Part shown: positions 12,944 through 27,600 of the stretch, in pieces
Numbering within the stretch: the first letter of the stretch is position 1
How the letters are laid out: every line of letters begins with the position of its first letter
Translations under genes and position numbers: made by a program
The notes under the pieces: generated by a model
Told to the model about the DNA's origin: nothing
Database searches by the model: none
The model's input: only the letters and a program-made list of their open reading frames with translations
NCBI RefSeq assembly: GCF_022539665.2
Contig: NC_081334.1
Span: 1,364,001 to 1,428,000 of the forward strand
Direction of reading: 5' to 3'
Origin: Daphnia carinata
Lineage: Eukaryota
Length of the DNA: 64,000 nucleotides

Positions 12944-15900
12944 TCATGAATTGATCATGACTTCAAGCTCATCCGCGTCATCCTGACGAGAAGATAGAGC
13001 AAATCGTTAACTATATTTCTCATAAATAGCCACCAATTGGCATCATATCCTACAACTATTGAACAAGTAAATGTTATGCATACCATGAAAGGGATTTCTT
13101 CCGATGTACTGAGAGCGTCATTCGGTATTTCTGGTTTCCTATCCGTAATTTCGTTCAATTTAAACTGTACAATATAGAAAAGACAGAGATTAGGAATATA
13201 TACAAAATGTAAACTATTAAATTTCTTTACCAGTGTAGAATTCATTTGTTCCAGACTTTCTTTCACCGGATTATTCTGATCAAGCTCAAAGAGTTTCAGC
13301 AAATCGCCTGCAAGCTTCACAAATATTCGTTCGATTTCCACAACAAAGTGAACATTTAAAAAATCTAATCAGAACTTCCAGAGCAGAAACACACAAATAT
13401 AATACCTCGACGTGGTTTTCGAATAGCCCGATTATGTCAAAATCGTCATCGTCTTCTCCAAAGGGATTGACAGCAACTTCTCCCAGTTTCAGCCAAGACA
13501 AGTAGGCCAGATACTAACCAAAATAAATCAGATTATTTTGCTATGATCTTTCTCATAAACTTATCAAACTGAAAATCACCTGCATTGCTGGCAATATGGG
13601 AAGATAACAGTCAATAACAAGAAGTTTGGTCGGAAAATCGACAAACTGCTTGCCCATAAGGCTCACGAGTCCGAAAATTTGCACCGTCAATGTCACTGCC
13701 TGAAATCATTCAATTGGCCAAAATTAGAAAATGAAGAAAAAAACAAAAATACAAAAACAAAAACAAGATCGCTTAAGTCCATACAACTGACCTGAACAAA
13801 GGAGAGCGGGATAGCAGTAATTTGATACTTTAAGACAACTGAGCAGGATTTTTTGAAAGCAACAATCGGATCGAGGAGACGAGTGGCGTCGGAAGGATTG
13901 TCGAAATATCCTTCATCGCGCGCTTGTCTAACAAGTATTAAGGCCCAATTAACCACGCGCAATGACCACTTGTGATTCTTTTCCTCGTCCAGGGACAGAA
14001 TTTCGGCTTCATGTTTTAATAGAAATCCTAAATCATTCAAAAATCAAGTGTAAGACCAAATTAACATTGATGGAAACAACCCTTTATTACGTACCAGCTC
14101 GTTGCATAGATTCTAGCGAAGGGTATTTATTTCTCAATGGCCTGCATGTCGTCCTCATTGTCTAAATTAATAAAATTTATTATTGGTCAGTTCAATAATT
14201 TTCTTTTTCCTGTTTACAAAGGTGCGCATTAACACAGTGACATTTTCGTTTTACAAACCCGGGCCGTATTACAATTTTTAGATATTTATGGGTACCGTAA
14301 AAGGTTTAGCAAAGCCTAAACCAATTGATGCTCATCGCTCGAGCGAAATGCGTGACTTGACTCTCTGCGTTTAAACAAACAATAGAATGCCAAAATAGGG
14401 ATTTACCCTGCCCCTGAAAAGCATGGCCGTTTTGGGATTTGTGAAATTGGGCCACTGGAAATTTAACAGCAGTCTTCCGTAGCCGCATTCTTGTGGGGAA
14501 GTCCCTCTAGTTCCAAGCACATGGCAACGTTTAATTTTATCGTGTACTTTTTAAGATTCAAAGGGAAAGTTCAAACTAATTTCCAGAATCAGAAATTGCA
14601 AAGGACCCAATATTTAAATGTTTCTTAATTTTAGGGGGGTAGATGTAAAATAAAAGTTATTTACCAACATCCATGCGAGGATCAAGTAGCGGGTAAGAGT
14701 CCTCAGCCACTTGCTTGTCTTGAAATGAAAGCAAAAACAATTATACATTAGCGTAATTGTGCAAAATGTGGGAGAATATGCCTTATCATACTTGCGGATT
14801 ATTCTTCTGCATGTAAAATGTGGCCAAAGTAATGATTTTTCCTGTTCCAGGTATTGCGGCATACACAGCCCACCACCGCTGCATCACTACATGTAATTTG
14901 TGTTTTACTTTTCAATCTTGATGAATGCAAACAATATTTCTCTATGATTACAAGATGAGATTACCTGTTCCGGTAAAAAATCCGAGGAAAAGTACCTACA
15001 TAAATTTGTAATAAACTTGCTACTGAAATAAGATTTAAGACGTAATAAATTGTAACATAGAAGGAACTATACCACAGGAATACTATCGGCGTACTTGGCA
15101 CAGCAAAGGGCAATTTTTTCGAACGTCCTATTTTTTGTTGAATTTCCTTTTTAGCATATCATTGTGCTTTAAAGTACGATGATGTGTGAATAATACCCTT
15201 GGTCTTCGTCGTCGAGCGCTAATTTATAAATCAATCCTAAAGCAGTGTATGTGACGAAATACATCAAGACTTGACGCCACAAAATTTTGTAGATGCTTCC
15301 TTGCCATCTATTGAAAAAAAAATAAAAATAATAATGAAAACTTCAACTTGCTTCTTACAGAAAATTCCGTCCAAACCCACACACACACGAATTTTTAGGC
15401 GATAAAGCGCTGAATCATTGACGTATGGTTAGATCGAAGTTGTGTACACATGAAAAAGAAAAAGGCCGCACCTACACTTTAGAAAAAATTTTCAAAATTT
15501 TTTCTAGCAATCCACACATAAGTGAATACGAAATTATCTTATTCTGAGTGACAGTTAACGTAGGGTCATCTTATTTACAAAGGGGAGGGGGATACAATCA
15601 AGACACTCTTTGATTATGTGGAGCGAAAGGGAGAGGTAGTTGACATGTTGGATTTCTCATCAACAGGAGATTGCACTTAAGTGGTACAAAGATAAGGAAC
15701 TTTCTTCGGACCGCGGGCAAAGAAAAACAGTTGGACGACAAAAGTGTATAATTGCACTTTGCGTCGTGTTTAAATGTTGCCCTAAGGACAAACAGCATAG
15801 CGGAACGGAAAAGAATTTAATGTATCTATTATACTATTTAGGGCAGCATCACGAACGCACGAAGAGCTATTCTGAATTTTCAAAACTAACTAGTGTCTAC

Positions 15901-16101
15901 ACTGAATGTTATTTTAACAAAACTTAACATTTAAGCATGTCTATGGATGCGTCCGAACATAAGGGAAAGAAATAGATACGAAATAAAAGGATCAATGAAT
16001 AACTAAAAGCGAAACGAAAACTAAATGTGATACCTGAAGAGTAAACTGCACGTTTGACACATTTGCTTGACGGAAGCCATATCGTCATAATAGTTGACCA
16101 T
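12944..16101 (-). CDS. Bestrophin-family Ca2+-activated anion channel (divergent, many short exons)
   Basis: Spliced translation begins MVNYYDDMASVKQMCQTCSLLFRWQGSIYKILWRQ and contains SIPVVLFLGFFTGTVMQRWW, IPLSFVQAVTL and the Ca2+-clasp WLKLGEVAVNPFGEDDDDFD. Last exon DDADELEVMINS*; the C-terminal exons are less certain. Confidence 0.88.
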
Positions 16102-18585
16102 GTTTGAAATATCCTGAAAAAGGGCACAGTTCCAGAGACGTTTGGCGGTGAATTGTTGCGGTAAGGCCGACAGTGGCGAACTGTTAACACGACTGGTGAA
16201 GAGGTGATGCTGGAACTGAGTAGACGAAGAAGCAGACTACCAAGACGACACGCCTGGTTTTCGTTCGGAGGTAAAAGCCTTCCTCACTATGCCAATGTGA
16301 AAGCGCTGAAAAAGATAGCTATTGTGGGGTTCGCAAGGTTTAAAATGCGTGCATAAAGAGGGTTAAAACAAATTACATCCGGAATTTTACTTTTTGTTTG
16401 AAATCTATAGCAATTAATTATGCTCGTAAAAACACTGTAATTTTGCCCACGAAATAAGGAAACCGCCACCTGCAGGCCACGCATTTTGAGTCTTATCATA
16501 GATGCGAGCTTGTGGATCCATTAAGCGATTCGTGATTTTAAGAAAGAAAATTACGTACACAAACAAGAGCTATTTAATACTAGGTGATGCGTTTAAACGC
16601 AAATTGTGTGCAGGAAAACATGGAGAGCAGGGAAAGGTTTTAAATACAGTTGGTCTTGGACAATGAAGAAGTACCTGTGTTGAAGCTCTTTAATGTAATG
16701 GAACTGAATTCACCACAGCCACGTCCATCTTCCACCTGGGAAATCCTCATTTATTTGTTAAATCACAGTGTTTAACAGCAATTAAGTTCTGCACGAAATA
16801 CTAGCGCCACTTGAGAAATAAAATAGCACAGATGTCTTGATAAATGTGTTATTCACTGAATGGCAATGGGGGATGGGCGTGAAGCGTGAACTTGAAAAGT
16901 GGCAATCCCATACATATTTCAACTTTTGGTTCATAATCTTGGGAGGTTTTTATCAATAGTAATATTGCCTGAAGTCACGCACCCTTGTCTACGTTTCGGG
17001 GTCCAACGAAATTTCCCAGCCGAAACTTTGTCGCAATGGCTGGAGGCGCGTCTCACGATTAGAAATTAGGAGAAGAAAAAGAACGTTTTTGTTTACGCAA
17101 AAAGTTATTAATCACGAGTCACGTAAAATCTGAAAAGCTGATTGAGCAAAGTTTATCCTTAAAAGGATGATGGAGAAAAAGAAACGCCCGACAAAGACAT
17201 GCCACTTGTCTACTTCTAGCTAGTTATTAAAAAAAAACAAAAAAAAACGATGATAAACTGAACGTGAAGTTACATTTTTGTACAAGAATCCCGTTATTAA
17301 AGAATGATTCAGAAATGAAAAATTCCAATCGCAGCGCAAATTAATTGTGCAAGTCATTGACTGTGATCGTACCCATCTTAACATCGCTTGTAAGATGGTG
17401 ATACTTGTACGCGGCATTATAAATGATTCCATCGAGCCATTTTTAGCTGAGATGAAACGCTCGTAAGACTTTGTTCCTCCTGAAACTCTCCCTAACGCTA
17501 TAAAAAAAAAAATCTATTACGAGTGTAAATTCCAGGGCGGAACCCTGCGCCTGGCTGCAGGCCCGTTTTCATCACCTCTGGTGTAACGGATAGCGCACAA
17601 TATTATCATAAACGGAATACTCCCATTGACGATTCCTAGCGGACGATGATGTCAGACACGTGACATGACTGCATGAAACATACCACTGAAATTGTAGTGA
17701 CATGATACGGGTGAAAGGCATGTTCATTGAATGTGGTTAGGTAAGTCTAGACAGAAAGGTAGAGACGCGCTTTTAGTGAATGCGGTGTACGTGCGAAGTG
17801 TACAGCGCTTAGATTTCGAATGTGTGGGGAAAAGGCTATCGAATCGCATTTGATACAAACATGTGGCTTTACCGCAAAATGTCCTAGTACTTGATCCACT
17901 TCAGTTGAATTTTAATCCAAATGTAGTAACCAATTTCCATATTGGCACGTCCAAGTAGTTTAAAACTCCGTGAGAAAGGACATACCACCGCAAATTTAAT
18001 CACAAAAGACAATAGGGAGTTCCTTCGTAGTAGTTGCCACTGTCTGCCCTTAATTACGTACTGGACAGATTCATTTTTTTTTTTGTACACGGATGTGAAA
18101 AAAATAAATACTTTCTTCCCAAAATGAGAATACGGTAGGAGGCTGCTTAAATCGCATTCACTTTCACGCAGCGTCGAGCACATAAGTGTCGAACTTTTAC
18201 GAGAAACGCAAACCCAACATCGCAGCCTCCAGGCCCATTCTATATCAGCAGGTGTTTAAAGACGTAAAAAGATACCTGACTTTGGACTGGTATAACTGAT
18301 GGCACTCACTCTCGTGAAGCAAAAAACTGCAAGGCATATCGATGTGTGCAGTGGTAAACTAAGTACTCGGCATGGACGGGGGACCCTTTTCTGACATTAA
18401 CGATGACTAACTCGGACGGGAAAGGTATATGCCTCACGTTCTCTTGAAGAACAAGTTCGTTGAAAGAAAGAAACCAATTTTATTCAAAAAAGAATAGTTA
18501 TAGTAACAACCAGCAATTATTGAGATACTTATCTTGCAGGAAGTAACCAGAAAAAAATTAAGGTTTGTCCGATCTTGGGTTTAGC

Positions 18586-19638
18586 TCATGAATACGACTG
18601 AAGCCTTCTATAATCGATCTTTTCAAGGTGAACCAATGGTCTAAGTTGTTCGGCAAAGACTTTGATTTCATCCGCAACAGCGTCTTGTCCACTAGGAGCC
18701 AAAAGAGAAAGTTCCACTAGGTAACTTCCGGTCATCGGTTCCAGGCTGTCTGGAGATTTGGCCTGACCCATCTGTCAAACAATAAAAAGAGAAATATTAG
18801 TCAATAAAAAAAATGCAAATGAAAGAGTAGCTAGATAATGCATTACCCGAAATATTTTTGACATGGTAACTTTCATTCTTCCTTTTCTGAAGAGATATCC
18901 TTTTAGAACATATTCAAACTCAATTCGACATCCAAGTTCAGATAAAAATTCCACTACATTAGGGGTACAGGCAATATCAATGCAGCTTCTTAAAACTGTA
19001 GGCTGGTTCTTTTCACCTGAAGAGAAATAAAACAATAAATAAACAATTCAAGATAGCAAGTTGCTAGCTTGGCATGAGCACTTCAGTCAATTTCTAATAC
19101 AACTTAAGCTTAAAGATAGTGTTACACTTTCCATTACTGCTATTAATAAACAAGTGATAGGTAGGGAAATATACCAAGTTCAGGTTGTCCTAAGTATCTT
19201 AATTGCCATGGATACTCAGGATGATCCAGGGCTCGTCGTACACGTAGCAAAAACGACTGCTGCTGCTGGGGAGTGCCCCCCGGACTACTGGCTTCTGTTG
19301 GTGTAACAGGTGAATGGACGGTAATTTCAAATATCATTGATGATTGGAAAATATCTACATACTTAGACTGAAACACATTTCATGATCATGGAATGTTTCT
19401 GGTCCAGTTTCAGCAGCATCACATAAACCTGGTGTAAATAAAATTGTGATAACTTGAAATACGAAAAGCATTAGAAAAGTTTAATAAAGACTTTACCACG
19501 TAATCGGTTATGCAGGACTTCAGCTGATGAGTCGATAACACTTCCTTGGAGTAGGTACTCTTGGTTAGGAATTATATTGCTTCGTAATGCAGAGGTAAGC
19601 ATGTCAATGGCGGATATAGGATTTTGATTGCCGGCCAT
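18586..19638 (-). CDS. MED18: Mediator of RNA polymerase II transcription subunit 18
   Basis: MAGNQNPISAIDMLTSALRSNIIPNQEYLLQGSVID...RLRGLCD...FHDHEM...PWQLRYLGQPE...GYLFRKGRMKVTMSKIF...YLVELSLLAPSGQDAVADEIKVFAEQLRPLVHLEKIDYRRL. Five exons, GT-AG. Confidence 0.95.
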
Positions 19639-21165
19639 TTTCCGGTTTAAAGTGAAGTGCTTTTTTGATAATTCAACCAGTAATTCTCTTAAAGAAATAA
19701 CGCTTTTTTGCGAACGCTTTTTTTTTTTGAAGATCTGGCCAAAACAGCAGACGATAATTAAATCAAATCTTTGGAACGCTTATTTTCAGAGACACCTGGC
19801 GGTACAAAATAAAACCCTTAACAGAAAGGCAGTTTAACTTGATAGCTAAATGATACTGTCCTTTAAATTAATTCGGTTCAAGTGCACGATGATAATAGTT
19901 CATAATCGTTAAAAAATGATTTTTAACACGAACGAAAATAAACCGCTAGTAAAAACGTATGTATAGCGATGGACGCTTTTTTTTGCAACAGGCGGCTACG
20001 TACAATCCGTGAAATGTTAAAAATCTAGATCAGAGGGAAAACTATTTTGAGAAAAACGAACATTCACGTCAAAGGCCAGTTTGAACCGGTGGGGTCAGGT
20101 TTAAAGTATGTTCCCTTTTTGTCTGCAAATGATTCCTTACAGAATTTAAACAAGAATTCGGCGGTTCACATCAGTTTTATGACGTTGCGATGCCAACTCG
20201 TAGCACGTGTAGCTGTAGCTCCCAGGAAACGAGATAAAAATAGTTGGAAAAATAAACAAGCAGAAATCTACAAACCTAATATCTCGATACCAACGAAATA
20301 AAAATAAGTTTACACGCCGAGCTCCCGTGGGACAGAATAATAACATTGTTTCACAATTTACGAGCAAAGGCTGACTTAAATTCTATTACAATGTACATAT
20401 CACCCATGGCTTGAGCTACGCTTTTGCACGACGACGCAAATAACAGACCAAACAGACAAAAAAAACAAACAAAAAAACTGGATTCTGGTATTTGGCATGT
20501 GCTTGTGGCGTGGGTGTGCATTCTAGAAACATAGGGAAAAAATACCCTTGAAGAACTTTGATTCCTAGTTTCCAATTCGATTAATGATGGGTAAAAATCA
20601 AGTTGGAATCAAAACTAAGAATAACTCGTTTGTGCGCCTATCCACGCAATTAGAGTAAACGAGTGTTTTGGGCGCCATTATGCCTGCAAAATGGTGGACG
20701 AATAGTTTCACTCTTACCGAAGGCGATTGGGCATGACGATTTGCTTAATTTATTCTTCTTCCGTGTAACGATCAAGCTGATAGTTATCGTCGAAGGTTAA
20801 ACGTCAAGAGTAAAGAAAAGGCAAGTGACCTTGAAGAGTCGTGATTGCCCAGTCATCCACTTCTTCTTATGGCGATCCAGCTCGCCCGAGAACCCGAAAG
20901 TCATGCGGATGTGTTCGTACAAGCATGGATAAAATAAAAAAAAGCACTAACTTTTGTTTTGAAGGTTGCTCTGCGTCGACGCCTTTGGCAAGCATTTCTT
21001 CCATTTTGTCTCTAAAAAAACACACGAGAGAAAAATCTAGACATCTTTGTACGCCATTCTTGGATTTTGTAGCACTGACGAGGAAGAAACTTTCGGCCAG
21101 TTTTTGCCCGCGAATTGGTCTTTGTCCCCAGAGCAGAATTTTTCCTCGTAGCTGAAATGTATGTG

Positions 21166-21206
21166 ATTGGCTATGGCTATGTCAGGTGACGTCACTGATG
21201 ACGTCG
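21166..21206. promoter_or_regulatory. Candidate promoter elements upstream of the goliath-like gene: inverted CCAAT box plus tandem CRE sites
   Basis: GATTGG at 21166-21171, a perfect TGACGTCA at 21187-21194 (inside the palindrome GTGACGTCAC) and TGACGTCG at 21199-21206, about 490 nt upstream of the ATG at 21692. Motif match only. Confidence 0.4.
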
Positions 21207-21691
21207 CATCGCCCCGCCTTCTCCCTGCAATGTCCTTGGCAGTTTTTCCTGCAGCGCCATCCAGCGAAAAAGGTGTTTTCCGTCCACGAACGAGCTTCAC
21301 TCGTGCTCGAGAGTTGGATTCGTGCTATCGTGTTTGGCTTCTTTGGGTTTAGACAATTTCCTTTTTTTTTCCGTTCGCCTCTCATCTTAACGTACCGTAA
21401 ACAAATCCGTACCCATTTCTCTCACAGGCAACAGATTGTCTGCCAGTTGTGTGACGATTAAATCGGGTCCAACAGTTGTGGTAATCGGCCATTTTTGTTT
21501 TTCAAAGGCATCACTTGACTCGTCTTGTCAATGACGACGTCTCGTCAATATTCTTCCTCAATTGATTCCCTCGTTGCAAAGCCTTTGAAAAGTGACACTT
21601 GTTTTTTCCCATCGATAAAGTCTCGTCACTCTGTGCATCACTATCTTCTTGTTTAGTGCCGCGTGATTGTGCATGTTCGACGTTTACAAAA

Positions 21692-24600
21692 ATGAACCGG
21701 TCGATGCGCGCGATGACTGTGTCCATCGCTGTTGTAGTATCGCTAATTGGAACCAAATTAGTGCATTGTGATCAATGGCCGTTCCCTGAAAGCGAGGAGT
21801 ACACTCTGGCCCACATCAACGTGTCTTACATCGATTCTGCCGCAGTCCACAACGATGGAGCGGATATGGGCAAATTCGGCAACGGCAGAGTCGGCAGCAC
21901 AGCCGGACTCATCGTTCACGTTCGTTCGGCTAATTCGAGCTCACATTATGGTTGTGATATGACCTACGAAAACGAGATACCTGTAATTATTGTTTTTATT
22001 CGAATTTTTCAGTACGCATTTGCTAGTAATTAAAATATTTCCTCATTCTTGTTTCCTCTCTTACGTTCGCCTATTAAAAAAGGAAAACCTATACTACTAT
22101 TTCACATTAACAATACGATTACATTTTTTCTTTCAAGGTGGTGCCGTGGATTGCTCTGGTTCGCCGTGGTCGCTGCAATTTCGACGACAAATTGGAGGCG
22201 GCTTTTTTAAACAATGCGTCCGGTCTGGTCGTCTACAACAACAAAGAGGACGGCCTCCAGAAAATGACGTTGCGCAATAAATATCGTAAGTGAAACACAT
22301 TCGTTTTTTTCCCTCCCGCCGTCTCTATGCGGCCCCACCCTCAAACGTTACGCCTAGCCGAGCAATGCCAGGAGACATTAAACGTCTATTTTTTTTTTTT
22401 TTTTTTTTTTGTAAATTATCGTCACTTTCAATAATTACAGTGGATCAAATAACGATACAGTTAAACAGTATGGGAGGGTGGCAACCAGGACAATAAGTGG
22501 AAAATTGGGCAATGGCACGGCGGTGTGTGACGTATCCGAGTCCGGTGCTGCGGTTTTGCAAGGAAAAGTGCGCGGTGAATACGACCAATAGAAACAATTG
22601 TCATAGAGTCTAAAGTAAAGTGTGTCTATAAAGTCCGTCCTTTGTGTTGCAAAAGCGAAATGTTTGCTACCATCTGATCGGCCTATTTTTCTTTCCTCCG
22701 TCACCTTGGACCCAAAATGTACAAAAGCGAAACGCTTGCATACCTTTTGGCGTCGAGAGAAAAATATAAAAAGACAGGACATCTGATTGCCTATTTATTC
22801 GTCCCAATCGATGATAAGATATCTATCAGTGAAGCGGAAAAAAGCGAGCATGGATACGAGTCGCAAAATCATTTCCTCCGAGGGCTCTTTTTGGCTACAA
22901 GAGGGGCATGGGGGCCGCAGTGGTTGGTTTCGTACCATCATCTCTTTATTGATTTCCTTTCATCCAAGGTCTGCGACGTCGCACGACGAACCCGTGTGTG
23001 TGTGCAACGTTAACAAGCATATATACGTACACAATTGCTGATCAATAGAATGAAGTACGTTCCGCTTTGGCGCATTACAATTCACCTTTCATAGGAGCAC
23101 CGGGTTCATTTTCGGGAGGGGTGTTTTATTGTTTCTTTTTCAACACGGTTATTGATCAATGCTAAAGGATTTAGTAATTGCTAGCAGATTGAGACATGTA
23201 TGGTGAAATTGATTGTGTTGGACGTTAGAGAAAGCCTCGGTTTGGTCGCAATGTTTGGGAATGAGAACGCTAACCTACCTGTGTACGTTGGTCGTAGGAA
23301 GGTTATTAAGTAGAAAATGAAGCATTTTCTAAAGGGCCTTCACTTTCGTCTGAAATTTTCTCTCGCGCGCGCATCGGCCGTGCGAACCATCTGGCGAAGA
23401 GAAAATACCTTCGTTAAACTCGTGGTATCTAGGGAAAACACTGAAGCTTTCGCCAGGTGTGCTCGAATCATATTGTCCCATTTTTTTCTCTTTTTTTTCT
23501 TCATTAAAATTGGAGATGGTTGTCAACAATCGTCAGCACTTTCCAAAAAAGACCATCCGGAGATGACACCGAAAAAAAGAAAAGAAATTAGGATAGAAAC
23601 AAAGTACAAATTTGTACAGCGATTGCGGAAGCCCAAAACAAGATTTTTAAAGGTCACGTATTCAAGTAATCCTTTGTTTCCGTATGGACGGGGAAGGACG
23701 TTTTGCGGTGGGTGGATGATGGTTCACGGAGTCATCTCAAGGTGGACCAGTCGCCACTAGCGATATGTTTTTCTCGTTTTGAATGGAAGACAAAATCTGG
23801 CAGTTAAAAGAGGCCAAGGTCTGCAACGCTCTGTGGTAGCGTTTGTGAGACACACAAACGATCTAGTTACGCTTTCTATTCATTGCTGCCGATTCAGGGC
23901 CGCTAGAAAGACAACAAGTGTGCAATATTGGTTCTATAGGCAATTATTACGCTTTTCTCTTTTTACGTGGCTTTTCTTTTTGCCGTTTCTTTCAAGCGCT
24001 TGACGATGAAAAAAGATTGAAAGCAGATGGTCGGCCCGATGTTGACAGATCACGGAATTCCCCCTCGTTTTTTTTTTTTTTCGTTTAATGAAAAGTCAGA
24101 AAGAAAAAGCGCTTACCATCTGCCGCGAGGACTGCAAATGGCATTAGTCTTTTTTATTTGATTTTCAGGACAACTTCTTTCGCCTTCCGTGGGGCACGCA
24201 ACTATACATTTTTTTTCTTACCGGGATTTCGGCTTCGGTTTACTTTTTTTTTGTCTGTTCCGGAATGGAAAGTGCGACCTCGTTTGGAATCAAAACCGAA
24301 ATCTCCCGTTGCGTTTGAAAAAAAAGTTGTAATCAGATTTCCTTGGATAAACACGCACTGGGTATTTAAATAGAGAGAAGGGGGTGGGCTCTCTTAATCC
24401 ATAATAAGATAATCAATATCCGTGAATGAGATGGAGGTTAGCAGTTGGCTTCTAAATATGATTTTAACGGGGGGGGGGGGGGGAAACAAAATTTTATCCA
24501 GTGGAACATTTCTTCTGAGTATACATCACTGTCTCTTATAGCGTCTTTACCATTTGTCCTATTGATCAGATACGAAAATAAAAACAAAAGTGTTCTCTGA

Positions 24601-27600
24601 CTGACAGAAAAACGGATCTATAAACAGACGTATAATAGGGTGCATCGATTTTTCTATGTTTTTTTTTTTTTTATATTTGCACTGACATGGCGACTAGAAT
24701 TTCCCTGGCAACAGAAACATACCAGGATGTATTGACGTTGTGTTTTGATTGAATATTCAGCCATTATTAAATCAGACCTTGTATGCAATGAACGTGTATC
24801 GGAATTTAACTTGATTAATTTTTTAAATTTAATTCCAATAGGTGACAAAATCGTGGCCGTGTTTATCACGCGCGCCAAAGGTGAAGAATTGGCAGCTTTG
24901 GTCGACAACGGCACGCGTGTCATGATGCAAGTGACGGTCGGCGCTCATTACACTTACCGTTTCACTAATATCAACAGGTAGGAGAACATTTCAAAGTATG
25001 TGCGTTACGCTATGAGGAAAAACTTTCTATGCAACATATGCTGGTGGGTGTAATCGAGCGAAAGTAAAAGTCGACGTGCCACGCTTCTGTTCTAGACATG
25101 TTTTAAATCGAAAAGCGCTTCAGGAAGTCGACTACTTTCAAAAGAATCTAGTGTAGTCGACTAGTGTTATTAGCCATCACGTCATCTATCATTCACTGTA
25201 GATACACGCGTTTCTCTTCTTGTCTGCAAACTTCTTTTATGATTGTACTTACATAGGGGCCGCTATCGATTGATACGCATCATATACTTTTCGTATATCA
25301 AAAGTAAGGGGGGTTTTTCTCATCCCACATGATTGGCCTGATTCCCGCACTCGTTGAGGGTCTCCCATATACGATGGGAGAAAATACGATAAGACAAAGT
25401 TGTTTGGTCGTTATTACGCTTGTCTTAACACGTTGGGCCTACTGTGAATCACATGTTAACTCTCTTCTGACATGCTTCGTTAACCGAGAAACGCGTGGAA
25501 CGAATTGACGTGGCAATCGCATCAACATTTCGTTTAAATAGCGCTGGACGTGCGATGTGCTTTTCAGGCTTTTGCGTGAGTCATTCGGGGAATTCGTTAA
25601 GTCACAGAATACTGTGTTTTGTGGCTTCCAAGTTCTGACTTTAACGGAAAGAAGTGCGAGATATTTGGAAATTTTTGTGAGCTCATGACGCATTGGCTGT
25701 GGGGTAAAACGTGAGCTGTTGAGAAATCACGTGTTCGGGACTGATGCCCGAGAGTGATAGTAAGTCAATTCTATTTGCATATGGTCGTAGTGGGTAGTAT
25801 AGGAAATGGCCTTTCATTCTACCAGAAGTTGTACGTCTATACGAAGCATTACGAGTAATTTGGGAAAGAGATCAACTACGTGCATAATTTAATTACCGAT
25901 GATGGGGTCACGCGTGCTTCTAGACGCCTGCGCTGTCTTACTGCCCTTCTGTTATTATGAAATCTTGTTTTGTTTTCTTTCCATCGCACATTTGATTTTT
26001 CCCTACCCGCATGTGACTTTAAGGGCTGGTTTAAAAGTCGCGGCCCAATTGCCCATCACCGGCACTCCATCAGAGTCTTCGAGCTTGACGACGTCAGTTT
26101 GGGGCTGGGTGAAGTATCGTTTTTCAAAAAAGGCAGCTAGCGACGTACTCTACATTCCTTGATATCGCAGTTTTTCGTCACATCTTTATGTGTACACTTC
26201 GAAAAAAAGGAAACAACAAGAGAGCGTAACTCGGGCCTTAATCTTTGCGAAAAACAAAAAAAAGCGAATCAGTTCAACATGGATCCTACTGTTGCAACAG
26301 AGGAGACGTTTCTTTACGGCCGCAGACCCGTCAATATTTTCACGTTCACGACGATGGCAATGCGGATGTCTGTTTACTGGTCTGCCTCTGTTGTCGATAA
26401 CAAATCCATCTGCGTACACATGTCTTAACATTGCCCCATTTTTATTTTTCAATTTTTCTGTTTGATTTCCTGTTGGCAACGTAGGACATCGGTAATGTTC
26501 GTTTCCATCTCTTTTATCGTTCTGATGATGATCTCCCTGGCCTGGCTCGTCTTTTACTACATCCAGCGTTTCCGCTATTTGCACGCAAAGGACCGCCTGT
26601 CGGTACGGGTTTTTTCCAGTTGTATAATTTCACGATGTGTAACACATTAAGAAAGTCCTCTTTTCATGTTTCATTTTATTTTGAAATTTTGTCTTAGCGC
26701 GAGTTGACGAGTGCTGCTCAGAAAGCCCTTTCCAAAATCCCCACCAGGGCCATCAAAAACACTGACAAGGTACTGTGTGTGTGTGAGCGCAATGGCTCGT
26801 GTTGTTCTTTATCGATCGTGTCCCGCTAGTAATCCCGAACCCCGATGTTATCGGCTCGTAAATGTATTCTTCAAGACGCCCATCTCGTGATGAGATTTTA
26901 ATACATTGTGTGTAGACTAGAGTTAACAAGTAAAGGGCATTTTCGCGATGAGAAATTTTTAAAACATGATCGTGAGATTCAATAACCTGCGCTTTCTCTT
27001 AATTGTATCTTTTTTTAAAGATTTTATTTTTGTTTTTGTTTTCAGGAAGTTTCCGAAGCTGAATGTTGTGCCGTTTGCATCGAGCCCTACAAAGCCAACG
27101 ATGTTGTTCGATTATTGCCTTGCAGGTATAGTGTGTAGAATTTTGACTGGAGTTTGAAAATGACCCGTTTTAATTTTTCCCCTTCGATATTTTTTTTATT
27201 TAAACAAAATTAGGCATGAATTTCATAAAGTGTGCGTCGACCCATGGTTATTAGAGCACCGGACCTGCCCCATGTGCAAAATGGATATCCTGAAACACTA
27301 CGGCTATGTGGTATAAATTTCAATAACCATAGTAATTTCATTTGCCTTACATCGGATGTATCGTGCAGCTATTAATACAACTTCTGTTTTATTATTTCAG
27401 TTTACTGGAAGTCAAGAAAGCGTCGTCAATATGGATTTAGACGCGCCCATCATCTCAGGGTTGCGACCAGGCCATCGCAGAGGAAACGCTTCGCCGGTGG
27501 TCGTTCCTGCTGGCCAACATTCCACTCATCAACGGTCACCTAGCGTGACCCCCGATATCCAGCTCACATCAGAACAGCCTTCAGCCAGAATTAGCCGAAC

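Noticed and set aside
17131..17143. TGAAAAGCTGATT resembling the 3' half of bantam
   Set aside because: The seed region (TGAGATC) is absent.
17575..17600. tRNA D-arm/A-box-like TGGTGTAACGGATAGCGCA
   Set aside because: No anticodon stem, T-arm (GTTCRA) or acceptor stem follows.
21037..21461. Cluster of overlapping short ORFs upstream of goliath
   Set aside because: GC-richer promoter/5'UTR sequence with no recognisable protein.
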